Below the pieces are notes generated by a model. The model was not told where the DNA came from and ran no database searches. It saw only the letters and a program-made list of their open reading frames with translations. From a virus (taxonomy: Duplodnaviria; Heunggongvirae; Uroviricota; Caudoviricetes), in the IMG/VR virus record IMGVR_UViG_2737471753_000001, positions 1 through 33,365 of that record: 33,365 bases of DNA; one strand, 5' to 3'. Positions 25,638 to 33,365 of this stretch are shown piece by piece (the first letter of the stretch is position 1; every line of letters starts with the position of its first letter). Position numbers and translations under genes: made by a program.

Positions 25638-28025
25638 TTAGTTCCGCGAAAATGCCGCTTTCATCCTATTCACAAGATCGCTTGTTTTTTGCTTCGCCGC
25701 CATCACTTGCGACGGCAGCCTCTCCAGCCCCGACGCGGCCCGGTTGCGCGATACCAGCCGCCCGTCCTGCACGGTCATAACAAGATCGCCGCACGCCACT
25801 GACGCACCGGCCATCATCGATCTGACCATTCCGGCGCTGGCATCAATCCCACGTAGCGCCAGCAGTTCACTGATCTGCTGCTCTTTCACGGATAACCCGT
25901 CCCCGTCTTTCCGTTCCGGTGGCCGTTTTTTACGCTTACTGCGCACATCGTCACTAAGCCGCTGCGCCAGTTCTCGCTTTTCCTGCCGGGAAAGCGCATC
26001 AAAATTCACCGTCACGCCCTCAGCTGGTGCAGTCATTTCTGACTGCCCTTTAGCTTCGCTGGCGGCATGTTCAACACCGTCAGCACCTGCCGCGGGATCC
26101 CGCGTACAGTTATTGACAGAACTCCGAGGGGCGGCGCTGCCGCCTGAAAAACCAACGTCAACGGCCACACCGTCAGCGCTCTGGCGCTTCGGCACGATTT
26201 TGTATTGAGTGGTGCGGGTGAAGATCAAAGAGTCATTGCCCGTGATCGGGCAGTAAATACCAGTGATTCGCTGGACGTTATCGCCGTAGGCGTTGCCATT
26301 TTCAGTGATTTCATAGTTCAGACGGATGCGCAGTTTATCGCGCTCAACCAACGGGCCACCCTGGGCTAATACGTAGTTATCCCATTCACCACCGTTAGCA
26401 GCCTGCCGGGCGGTTTCCAGTTCAGGGTGTAACACCAGTTCGCGATCGCCCAAGCGGCGAAGTTCGCGATATACCGTGACCGGCGCACCGCCGATCTGCT
26501 GAAACTGGCGAATAGCCCAGCGCGATGCCCACGCGCTAACACGGAGTGACATTTCTTTCAGGTCTTCCCCGGTTTCGTCGTCCTTCTCACCATCCAGCGC
26601 GAAGCCGTCGATATTCTTCGAAATGTATTTCGCTATGTAGCCGGTTGCGCTGCCGTGGGCATCGTCGATCGGCACAACCTGAAAGCGGTTTTCCTGCGCT
26701 CCCGGTTCGTTGCCGTCTTCTTTCAGGGCATATTTACGGAAGATTTCGCGCGCCTGCTCGACGCATTCCGGGCGCATAAAAAGAAGTAAATGCCAGTGTG
26801 GCGTTGCATCGTGGTGCGGTTCGACCACGCGGAAACCAAAGACGCGGATCCCTTTTCTCTTCCACGCTGCGCGGGTTCTCGCCCAGACTTTGCAAAGATA
26901 TTGCTGCGTCTCGCGCGGCGACGCGCCACAGTATTTATTATTGCGGCGCCCGTTATGCTGCATGGAGTGGTAACGGGAAGGTGCTGTCAGCGTGTAGAAG
27001 TCACCGGCCAGCCCTTCCAGCTTCGCCAGATCTTCAAATCCGCGCATTCTCGTCATGAGTTCGCGGCGACGGTTGGCCGGATTGGCAACACTACCGGCGA
27101 CTTTATCGATCAGTGAAATGCGCTCGCCCGTGTCCTGGTCTTCCAGCTCCATAGCCTTAAGGTATTCACGGTTAGCCTTTTTCTGGGCCAGCCATTCCGT
27201 AAGGCACGGGGCGCTACTGTATGGGGAAGATTTTTTCTGGACGTATCCCGCCGCGATCATCAAGTGCTCACGCCATCGGGCATGGATACGGCGCAGGCGG
27301 TTTAACCACCATTGCGGTGACTCAAGACGGAGAACCGCGCGTAACGCGTCCTCCGCTTCAAGTTCTTCATTGCAATACGCTGTCCAACCTGGGATCGGCG
27401 TTTTTAGATGCACCGCCAGCGACGCAATACGGCCATAGCCAGAAAGCGCCGCGAACTCAGGATCGCCGGTGCGCGCCAACTGGTAATCGGACTCGCGTAT
27501 AAACTCGCTCGTAAAGATATCGGCAAGCGTATAAGCCAGTCTTTTTAACTCTTTTTTCCCTGCCCAAAGCATACGGAAAAGCTGATCGCGGATTGGCAGC
27601 AGAATGCCAGGCATCACAGTGTCAGGCTGGTAAACACTGTTCACGCTATCAATACGTGTTAATACGTGGCGCTCAAAGGTATTAACCAGCCAGTGATCTG
27701 CCGCTTTGCGGTCTTTCGCGTCCAGTGCATCCAGCTTCGCGGCAAAGTGGCGGCGGATATACTGCGGAAGGGAAGCCAGACGGCGACGCAGCAGCTTGCT
27801 GCGCTCCGACTTTTCGTCCTCCGCTACCAGTTCACTGAACGCAATATGCTTGCGGGTGCCGTCCGGCGTGAGATAGTCGAAACCATCCAGCCCCGTCGCT
27901 ACATCAACGCCAATCGGCTGGTATGGTTTGTTCCCGCCATAAGCGTAAGGGGTAGCATTATCAGTGCTACCCGAATACGGTGGAGGTGGAGAAGGGGCGC
28001 GACGGCCACGGGTTGCCGTAGTCAT
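25638..28025 (-). CDS. A: rolling-circle replication initiator (gpA family)
   Basis: 795-aa ORF with ...HWHLLLF... and ...GYIAKYISK... motifs typical of P2 A-type nicking initiators; start overlaps the methyltransferase stop. Confidence 0.9.
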   Translation of the reverse strand: MTTATRGRRAPSPPPPYSGSTDNATPYAYGGNKPYQPIGVDVATGLDGFDYLTPDGTRKHIAFSELVAEDEKSERSKLLRRRLASLPQYIRRHFAAKLDALDAKDRKAADHWLVNTFERHVLTRIDSVNSVYQPDTVMPGILLPIRDQLFRMLWAGKKELKRLAYTLADIFTSEFIRESDYQLARTGDPEFAALSGYGRIASLAVHLKTPIPGWTAYCNEELEAEDALRAVLRLESPQWWLNRLRRIHARWREHLMIAAGYVQKKSSPYSSAPCLTEWLAQKKANREYLKAMELEDQDTGERISLIDKVAGSVANPANRRRELMTRMRGFEDLAKLEGLAGDFYTLTAPSRYHSMQHNGRRNNKYCGASPRETQQYLCKVWARTRAAWKRKGIRVFGFRVVEPHHDATPHWHLLLFMRPECVEQAREIFRKYALKEDGNEPGAQENRFQVVPIDDAHGSATGYIAKYISKNIDGFALDGEKDDETGEDLKEMSLRVSAWASRWAIRQFQQIGGAPVTVYRELRRLGDRELVLHPELETARQAANGGEWDNYVLAQGGPLVERDKLRIRLNYEITENGNAYGDNVQRITGIYCPITGNDSLIFTRTTQYKIVPKRQSADGVAVDVGFSGGSAAPRSSVNNCTRDPAAGADGVEHAASEAKGQSEMTAPAEGVTVNFDALSRQEKRELAQRLSDDVRSKRKKRPPERKDGDGLSVKEQQISELLALRGIDASAGMVRSMMAGASVACGDLVMTVQDGRLVSRNRAASGLERLPSQVMAAKQKTSDLVNRMKAAFSRN

Positions 28026-28936
28026 TGCGCGATCTCCATGTAGGCTTTTAAGAAAGTAGCGGCTGCATAGATATTTACGGCGTTTCCGCTGGCGCGTAGT
28101 TTTCCCACTCTGGAGGGAACCCCATCAACCAGAGGCTTAAGGCCGGGTTTAACTGGCCTCCACTTTCCATCTCTGCAAAAGAGCCAGTCAGCAGATCCCC
28201 AGAATCCGTTAACCGGGCCGGGCCTGCTATCTGCGCTGTCACATCCAGCGTATCCGTTGACAGCTTCCCGTGCCGCATCCTTCCCCCCTGATACCCGCCC
28301 TTTCCATCCCTCGCCGTAGGGGTGGGCCAGCCCGCAAGACAAGCAAAGTCCTGTAAGTTCGACTGCCGACCAGCCAGCTTCTTGGCGATCACCTTCTCGG
28401 CATCCTGATAAGCGTTCTTCGTATTGCTCGCGGTTGGAGTCGGCCAGCCAGTAAGTACGCTCCCGGATGTGCGGCGCACCGACGCCCGCAGACGGAAACG
28501 CCGACGCCCCGAAGGCATAGCCCAAACTTTCCATGTCTGTTTGTACAAGGTCGATCCAGACTTCTGCATCTTTGCTTGAAGACTGTTCGCCAAATATAAC
28601 GACAGGGCGTTGCTGGCCTGCAAGCCAATGAACGGCGGGCCATAGGTGCCGCTCATCATCAAATTGTTTTCCTTCGCCTGCCTGGCTGAAAGGTTGGCAT
28701 GGGCAACTTGCTGTCCATACTGGGCGGTCATCCGGCCATCCTGCAACGCGCAAAGCCCGGGGCCAGCCTCCAAAACCTGCAAACAGGTGGACTTGAGAGA
28801 ATCCTTTAATGTCATTTGGGGTTACATCCTCAACGGAACGAGTATCAACAACGCCGGAAGCGATAAGCCCGGCATCAATGAGGTTGCGCAGGTATTGCGC
28901 GGCGAAGGGGTCGATTTCGTTGTAGTAGGCGGTCAC
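28022..28936 (-). CDS. DNA (cytosine-5) methyltransferase, possibly frame-disrupted
   Basis: 304-aa frame carries C5-MTase motif I (FAGFGGW), motif IV (SCPCQPFSQAG), a motif VIII-like HIRERTYW and a C-terminal GNAV; a +1 frame (track ORF 28075..28815) is open across most of the gene and carries a duplicated GWPTPTA motif. Confidence 0.65.
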   Translation of the reverse strand: MTAYYNEIDPFAAQYLRNLIDAGLIASGVVDTRSVEDVTPNDIKGFSQVHLFAGFGGWPRALRVAGWPDDRPVWTASCPCQPFSQAGEGKQFDDERHLWPAVHWLAGQQRPVVIFGEQSSSKDAEVWIDLVQTDMESLGYAFGASAFPSAGVGAPHIRERTYWLADSNREQYEERLSGCREGDRQEAGWSAVELTGLCLSCGLAHPYGEGWKGRVSGGKDAAREAVNGYAGCDSADSRPGPVNGFWGSADWLFCRDGKWRPVKPGLKPLVDGVPSRVGKLRASGNAVNIYAAATFLKAYMEIAQ

Positions 28937-29253
28937 TGCTGCCCCTCCGCCTTTCGGCTACACCGATCGATTACTTGGTACTGAATTTCTAAACCCAGCT
29001 TTTCAGCAAGCGCGTGCTCTGCCTTAGCTCCCGCAGACTGCTGCCAGCCATCCAGCAAGAAGATCCCGTCAGCACAACGCAACATGGCGAAGCAAATATC
29101 CATGTATTCCGCCTGCTCTAATCCGTCCGGCAAAATCGCCGGATTAAGGGCAACGTTTCCGCGTCGCACTACGTGCCCAGCTGCACGGTTAAAAGCCTGC
29201 CGATTGAATCCAGGCAAACCGCTCATCGGGCCAGCGATATAGATTTTTGCCAT
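28933..29253 (-). CDS. DUF4406-like (nucleoside 2-deoxyribosyltransferase-like fold) protein
   Basis: 106-aa ORF MAKIYIAGPMSGLPGFN...; coupled (overlapping start/stop) to the Dam and C5-MTase genes. Confidence 0.5.
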   Translation of the reverse strand: MAKIYIAGPMSGLPGFNRQAFNRAAGHVVRRGNVALNPAILPDGLEQAEYMDICFAMLRCADGIFLLDGWQQSAGAKAEHALAEKLGLEIQYQVIDRCSRKAEGQQ

Positions 29254-30224
29254 TAAAAAGCCTCCAGATCGCCAAACGTGCCCGCCGCAACCATCGCGTT
29301 GTAAGTCGCATCACCCATCACGGCGCCACAATCAGGGCAACCGCCGCCGTAACGCCCGCAGCAGTCGCAGACAGGCAGCACGCCGATCACTTCTTTGGCC
29401 TTCTGTCGGTTGTTTTTGTCAGTGCTGACGGAACGTTGCACGCTGATTTTGTGCATCTTGAAGGGCTGATAAATCGCGCGGGTGGCTTCGGTGTCGCTGT
29501 TGGAAATGACGACCTTCACGCCATGCTTACGGTTAACTTCCAGCAGTGCCTGGACTAACTGGCGGTGGTTGTCTTCCGTGAATGGTTCGGTGTGGTATTG
29601 GGTAAAATCGGCTGTTTTGCTTTCAGGCAGGTAAGGCGGATCGCAGTAAACGAGAACATCGCCACCCGTGACGACCTGTAGAGAACGCTGGAACGGCGCG
29701 CACAGAAATATTGCCTTTGTATCGTTGGCCTTTTCGGCAAACAGGCGGATTTCATTTTCAGGAAAGTAGACGCTCTTATACTTGCCAAACGGCACGTTAA
29801 AGCCAGTCTTCCGGCTGTATCGGCATAAGCCGTTATAACCGTGGCGATTCAGATACAGGAATTGAGCAGCGCGCATAATGCACGCCATTTCAGCGCCATA
29901 ACGCAACCCACCGCTTTTGACCGTACCCACCTGCTTATTGAACGCGGCGCGGACTTCGTTGTATCCCTGCGGGCTGTTCTTACTGTTGAACAGTTCACGG
30001 GCCGCATCGATCACTAAGTCCGGGTAACGGGTGACTTCCCGATACAGGTTAATAAGATCCGGGTTGATATCAGCCAGCACATAGCGGCGGTATTCAGTCG
30101 CCAGAAATACCGATGCGCCGCCTACGAACGGTTCGATCAGGCAGTCGGCTTTAGGAAGATGCGGCAGCAGGTCAGGGAGGACACGGGTTTTTCCCCCTGC
30201 CCATTTGATGAACGGGCGGATCAT
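29253..30224 (-). CDS. dam: DNA adenine methyltransferase (Dam-like, N6A) with Cys-rich C-terminal extension
   Basis: Start placed at MIRPFIKWAGGK (SD GGAG upstream); DPPY motif (...VYCDPPYLPE...); C-terminal tail ...PVCDCCGRYGGGCPDCG... resembles a zinc ribbon. Confidence 0.8.
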   Translation of the reverse strand: MIRPFIKWAGGKTRVLPDLLPHLPKADCLIEPFVGGASVFLATEYRRYVLADINPDLINLYREVTRYPDLVIDAARELFNSKNSPQGYNEVRAAFNKQVGTVKSGGLRYGAEMACIMRAAQFLYLNRHGYNGLCRYSRKTGFNVPFGKYKSVYFPENEIRLFAEKANDTKAIFLCAPFQRSLQVVTGGDVLVYCDPPYLPESKTADFTQYHTEPFTEDNHRQLVQALLEVNRKHGVKVVISNSDTEATRAIYQPFKMHKISVQRSVSTDKNNRQKAKEVIGVLPVCDCCGRYGGGCPDCGAVMGDATYNAMVAAGTFGDLEAF

Positions 30225-30225
30225 T

Positions 30226-30438
30226 TTACAGGACTCCGTAATGGGAAGCTGGAATAGAAGGGCGCTGCAATTCTTCAATGCAGTGCTGGCGCAGATTGCT
30301 TATAAAATTGGTTGCTACAGACCCACTGGCAGAAAGGGTTAACTCACCATCACGGCGGGTTTTAATGGTTAACCCTTCATTTTCGATAGCAGGTAAAAGA
30401 ACATGCAAAATGAAACTATATTGTTCACGTCTGGTCAT
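30226..30438 (-). CDS. hypothetical protein
   Basis: 70-aa ORF (MTRREQYSFILHVLLPAIENEGL...) with SD GGAGGAAG; ends 2 nt before the Dam start. Confidence 0.45.
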   Translation of the reverse strand: MTRREQYSFILHVLLPAIENEGLTIKTRRDGELTLSASGSVATNFISNLRQHCIEELQRPSIPASHYGVL

Positions 30439-30524
30439 AATCTCTTCCTCCAAAAAAGAATGAGTTGAACCGCCGCCACTTAATAAAGGGGCGGAGAAAA
30501 CAGAGTTGATTTTTTAAAACCGAA

Positions 30525-30785
30525 TTACTTAATTAGCTTTTTAAATAACTCAGCCAGAGTAAGCAGGAAGCCTTTATTTATTCTTTGGGTATAAATAAAA
30601 GGTTTATTTTTACCTTTGATAAATTGAACCTTCGCCGGTTCGGGCTTAAAAAATCTTCCGTCCGGCGTTTCCAGCCAGCCGCGTGAGTTCTTGAAGTGTG
30701 TGACCTGGCACCCATGCTTAAGCAGGCTTGCCAGTGATGGGCCTTCATCGTGCATTACTGCCCCCTTGCTTATACATCTGATCAA
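30525..30785 (-). CDS. hypothetical protein (AT-rich island)
   Basis: 86-aa ORF in a visibly AT-rich stretch; start uncertain (internal MHDEGPSL... possible); overlaps the next ORF. Confidence 0.3.
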   Translation of the reverse strand: MIRCISKGAVMHDEGPSLASLLKHGCQVTHFKNSRGWLETPDGRFFKPEPAKVQFIKGKNKPFIYTQRINKGFLLTLAELFKKLIK

Positions 30786-30996
30786 CCGTGTGCATGGCTT
30801 CCGCTAAAGCAAAATCACGCCCGTAATAATCGCCATTACTGGAAATACGATAAGAGTGTTTAAATGTAAAAGGATTACGCGGGCATTTCTGAATAGTGAA
30901 GCCACGATATAAATACGAGTGACGACTTAACTGTATTAATTGCACAGCCACAAAAGCCCCCTCACATTCCCAATTTAAGTAATTCGCCATCAACAT
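30745..30996 (-). CDS. hypothetical protein (AT-rich island)
   Basis: 83-aa ORF; no recognisable motif. Confidence 0.3.
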   Translation of the reverse strand: MLMANYLNWECEGAFVAVQLIQLSRHSYLYRGFTIQKCPRNPFTFKHSYRISSNGDYYGRDFALAEAMHTVDQMYKQGGSNAR

Positions 30997-31165
30997 GGCG
31001 GGCCACGTCTTTGGTGATTTTCTTAATCAGCTTTTTATCCCTGACCATAAACTCGCCTCGATTGGTGCGAATCATGAAGCCCGTTTGCATATCTTTTAAA
31101 TGGGTGTCCAGAATGTCGTTGCATTCACGCACCCGGTTTTCGTGGTTGGCTGTTTTCTGGCTCAT
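30962..31165 (-). CDS. hypothetical early protein downstream of cox
   Basis: Track ORF 30962..31342 overlaps cox in another frame; start placed at MSQKTANHENR... just after the cox stop (67 aa). Confidence 0.35.
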   Translation of the reverse strand: MSQKTANHENRVRECNDILDTHLKDMQTGFMIRTNRGEFMVRDKKLIKKITKDVARHVDGELLKLGM

Positions 31166-31175
31166 CGCGTTAACC

Positions 31176-31457
31176 TCAAAGACCGATCCACAGCAACCAA
31201 GCATCGCGCTGTTCTTTCGGACGGTTGTAGTAGGCGTCTCGCATTGCGCGGTTGAACTCAGGGATATAGATCCAGTTCTCAGCGCGGGCGCCCAAGCTTT
31301 CCGGGTTCTTCCACGGGATGATCGGCAACTTACCGTCTTCAATCATGCTCTTAACCGTGGCGGGCTTCTTACCGATCAATTCGGCAAATTTTGGGTATGG
31401 AACCGCGTCAACAGCGTGACGCACTTCAATGAACCCCTCTAACTCTTTGTCTGTCAT
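31176..31457 (-). CDS. cox: Cox-like excisionase / early-operon regulator
   Basis: 93-aa ORF ...VPYPKFAELIGKKPATVKSMIEDGKLPII...NWIYIPEFN...RDAWLLWIGL resembling P2 Cox; first gene of the minus-strand early operon. Confidence 0.85.
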   Translation of the reverse strand: MTDKELEGFIEVRHAVDAVPYPKFAELIGKKPATVKSMIEDGKLPIIPWKNPESLGARAENWIYIPEFNRAMRDAYYNRPKEQRDAWLLWIGL

Positions 31458-31552
31458 AGTGTTTTACCTCTCATTGAAGATAGGCCGGGATTTTTAGCCA
31501 CGCCCGGCGCGTGGTATTCTGGTGTTTCCACACAACCAGAAAGGAGATTTTT
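31458..31552. promoter_or_regulatory. divergent early/lysogenic promoter-operator region
   Basis: 95-bp spacer between divergent cox and plus-strand genes containing dyads GCCGGG-N13-CCCGGC and CCACGC-N5-GCGTGG plus -35/-10-like hexamers on both strands (e.g. TTGAAG; TATTCT). Confidence 0.5.
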
Positions 31553-31789
31553 ATGTCTCAGAAAGAAGTACCTATCTACATTCCTGCTGAACTTGAATAC
31601 CTCGTTGCTAATGACTTGGCTTGCTTACGCTTCCACTACCACTTAGCTACACCTACAAAACTGCCCGAAGCTGGTGAGCTGTTTACTGGTTTAACCGTTG
31701 AGCAAGCAAAAGACACCGTAACCTTCCTTCAGCAATACATTGCTAAAGCTGAACTTGCCGCCTCACTGTCCCCGAAGCGGAGCCACTAG
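31553..31789 (+). CDS. hypothetical protein encoded between the switch region and repressor C
   Basis: 78-aa ORF with RBS AAGGAG at 31541..31546 (MSQKEVPIYIPAELEYLVANDL...); no recognisable motif; P2 has no gene at this position. Confidence 0.5.
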   Translation: MSQKEVPIYIPAELEYLVANDLACLRFHYHLATPTKLPEAGELFTGLTVEQAKDTVTFLQQYIAKAELAASLSPKRSH

Positions 31790-31994
31790 TTTTAACCGTC
31801 CCCGCATAACGTCCATTTGGGAAATAACTACGGCGGAATTCAGCAAAATGGATTCCGTCACTTCTGTTGTCCTGCTCAAGTCTTCCACTCATTTGTGCTA
31901 ATCTCCGCATTAGCGCTAGGCGCTTATTTCGGCTTGTAACTGCTTATATTGGCGGTTGCTCATGGTAGAGATTACCACCCTTAAGGAGAATGTT

Positions 31995-32315
31995 ATGGTA
32001 GAGATCCCTACCCCGTCAAGCGGCGTGGGTGAAAAAATCAGAGCTATCAGAGATGCAGAGGGGTTAACAAGGCAGCAATTCTTTGAATTAACTGGAATAC
32101 CTGCTGGCACGCAGAAGTATTACGAGACAGGAAGAGTGGAGAGCATTGGTAGCGATATCTTGCTTAAGATCACTCAGCATTCACGTTTCGCAAAATATAC
32201 GCTCTGGCTAATGACTGATAAGACCGCCCCTCAAGCTGGTCAAATCGCACCGGCCCTCGCACACATTGGGCCAGAGTCAACTGGATCAGGCCGCTCAGAG
32301 ACACAAACTGGCTAA
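31995..32315 (+). CDS. C: immunity repressor C
   Basis: C-terminal ...FAKYTLWLMTDKTAPQAGQIAPALAHIGPES... resembles P2 C; start placed at ATG 31995 with RBS AAGGAG; an in-frame ATG at 31962 shares the sequence ATGGTAGAGAT. Confidence 0.8.
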   Translation: MVEIPTPSSGVGEKIRAIRDAEGLTRQQFFELTGIPAGTQKYYETGRVESIGSDILLKITQHSRFAKYTLWLMTDKTAPQAGQIAPALAHIGPESTGSGRSETQTG

Positions 32316-32384
32316 CCATCTATAAACATTACATTTTCACTATCTGTTACCAGGATGGGGAAATAAACGCCGGAGGGCTTTCTT

Positions 32385-33365
32385 ATGTCGATTAAGAAGC
32401 TCGAAGGTGGTCAATATGAAGTAGACGTATGGCCGCGCGGACGTAACGGAAAACGTATCCGCAGGCGATTTGAGAAGAAACAAGAGGCGGTTCTTTTTGA
32501 GCGTTATGTATTAGCCAACGCCGACAAAAAAGAGTGGCTGGGCGCGAGCGTTGACCGTCGCACCTTAAGCGAGTTGTTAGATACCTGGTGGCTGCTGTAC
32601 GGACAGACTCAGGAAAATGGCGAGATTGAAAAGCGGCACCTGAATAAAACAATCAGGGCACTGGGCGATCCAGCCGTTAACCGACTGAACAAGCGAATGA
32701 TTGCTCAGCACCGAGGCCAACGGCTGGAAGACGGTATCAGCGCTGCAACGATCAACCGGGATATTTACCGCTTATCCGGGATGTTCAGCACGTTGATAAA
32801 ACTGGAAGAGTTCAGGAAGGAAAACCCCTGCAAGGGTCTAGAACCATTGAAAGAAGCGCCGCCAGCTATGACCTATCTAGCAAAATCAGAGATCAGCAGA
32901 TTGCTGGATACTCTGACCGGCGACGATCGACGTGTAGCACTGCTATGCCTCAGCACCGGCGCACGCTGGGGCGAAGGCAGCACGCTGCGAGGTGAGCAGG
33001 TTAATCACGGGCGCGTAACGTTCCTTAAGACCAAAAACGGAAAAAAGCGCACCGTTCCGATATCGGAAGAACTGGAGAAAGAGATCAAGACCAGCGACAC
33101 CGGGCCACTGTTCAAAGTTGACTATGAAAACTTCTGCGAACGACTCAAACAGGTTAAGCCCGATTTACCACGTGGGCAGGCCACACACGTTCTTCGGCAT
33201 ACTTTCGCAAGCTGGTTCATGATGAATGGAGGAAACATTATTGCGTTACAGCAAATTCTGGGGCACGCCAGCATACAACAGACGATGGTTTATGCTCACC
33301 TTGCCCCCGATTACCTGCAACACGCGGTAACGTTAAACCCTCTCGGCGGTGGGCTGGCGGTGTGA
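32385..33365 (+). CDS. int: tyrosine integrase (P2 Int family)
   Basis: 326-aa ORF with RBS GGAGGG; C-terminal catalytic region ...HVLRHTFASWFMMNGGNIIALQQILGHASIQQTMVYAHLAPDYL... (R...H-x-x-R...Y); stop codon is the last 3 nt of the window. Confidence 0.92.
   Translation: MSIKKLEGGQYEVDVWPRGRNGKRIRRRFEKKQEAVLFERYVLANADKKEWLGASVDRRTLSELLDTWWLLYGQTQENGEIEKRHLNKTIRALGDPAVNRLNKRMIAQHRGQRLEDGISAATINRDIYRLSGMFSTLIKLEEFRKENPCKGLEPLKEAPPAMTYLAKSEISRLLDTLTGDDRRVALLCLSTGARWGEGSTLRGEQVNHGRVTFLKTKNGKKRTVPISEELEKEIKTSDTGPLFKVDYENFCERLKQVKPDLPRGQATHVLRHTFASWFMMNGGNIIALQQILGHASIQQTMVYAHLAPDYLQHAVTLNPLGGGLAV

Noticed and set aside
1-33365. CRISPR arrays, tRNA/rRNA genes, IS elements, reverse transcriptase (DGR/retron) near the variable fibre
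   Set aside because: No short regularly spaced direct repeats with unique spacers, no tRNA-like cloverleaf candidates, no transposase- or RT-like ORFs seen; the fibre variability is explained by the invertase system instead.

Overview
The window is almost exactly one P2-family (Peduovirus-like) enterobacterial prophage, running from the stop codon of the late activator gene ogr (position 1) to the stop codon of the integrase (33365); the attachment sites must lie just outside. All calls rest on reading the supplied six-frame translations against remembered P2-family proteins and motifs; no database search was run. Gene content in window order: ogr and tail gene D (minus); tail sheath FI, tail tube FII, E/E', tape measure T and U (plus); a Pin/Gin/Hin-type invertase with a ~3.0 kb invertible tail-fibre segment bounded by two 26-bp crossover sites; H-I-J-W-V-S-R, a lysis cassette, X-L-M-N-O (minus); terminase P and portal Q (plus); a cos-side intergenic region; a two-gene AT-rich cargo cassette; replication gene A; a Dam / DUF4406-like / C5-methyltransferase cluster; small AT-rich ORFs; cox; and a plus-strand block of a small ORF, repressor C and integrase. 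Main things worth a second look: (1) the cargo cassette at the P2 old/tin accessory position, a COG2856/ImmA-type HExxH metallopeptidase translationally coupled to a PIN-like protein, which is the best candidate for an uncharacterised defence or toxin-antitoxin system; (2) the invertible fibre module, in which both alternative fibre C-terminal cassettes and one tail-fibre-assembly copy carry clustered single-base frameshifts; (3) the FI-U block is inverted relative to canonical P2 synteny, separating D from its operon; (4) the C5-methyltransferase appears split across two reading frames; (5) an identical TGTTGT-N12-AGAAC motif sits in both divergent late-promoter regions.
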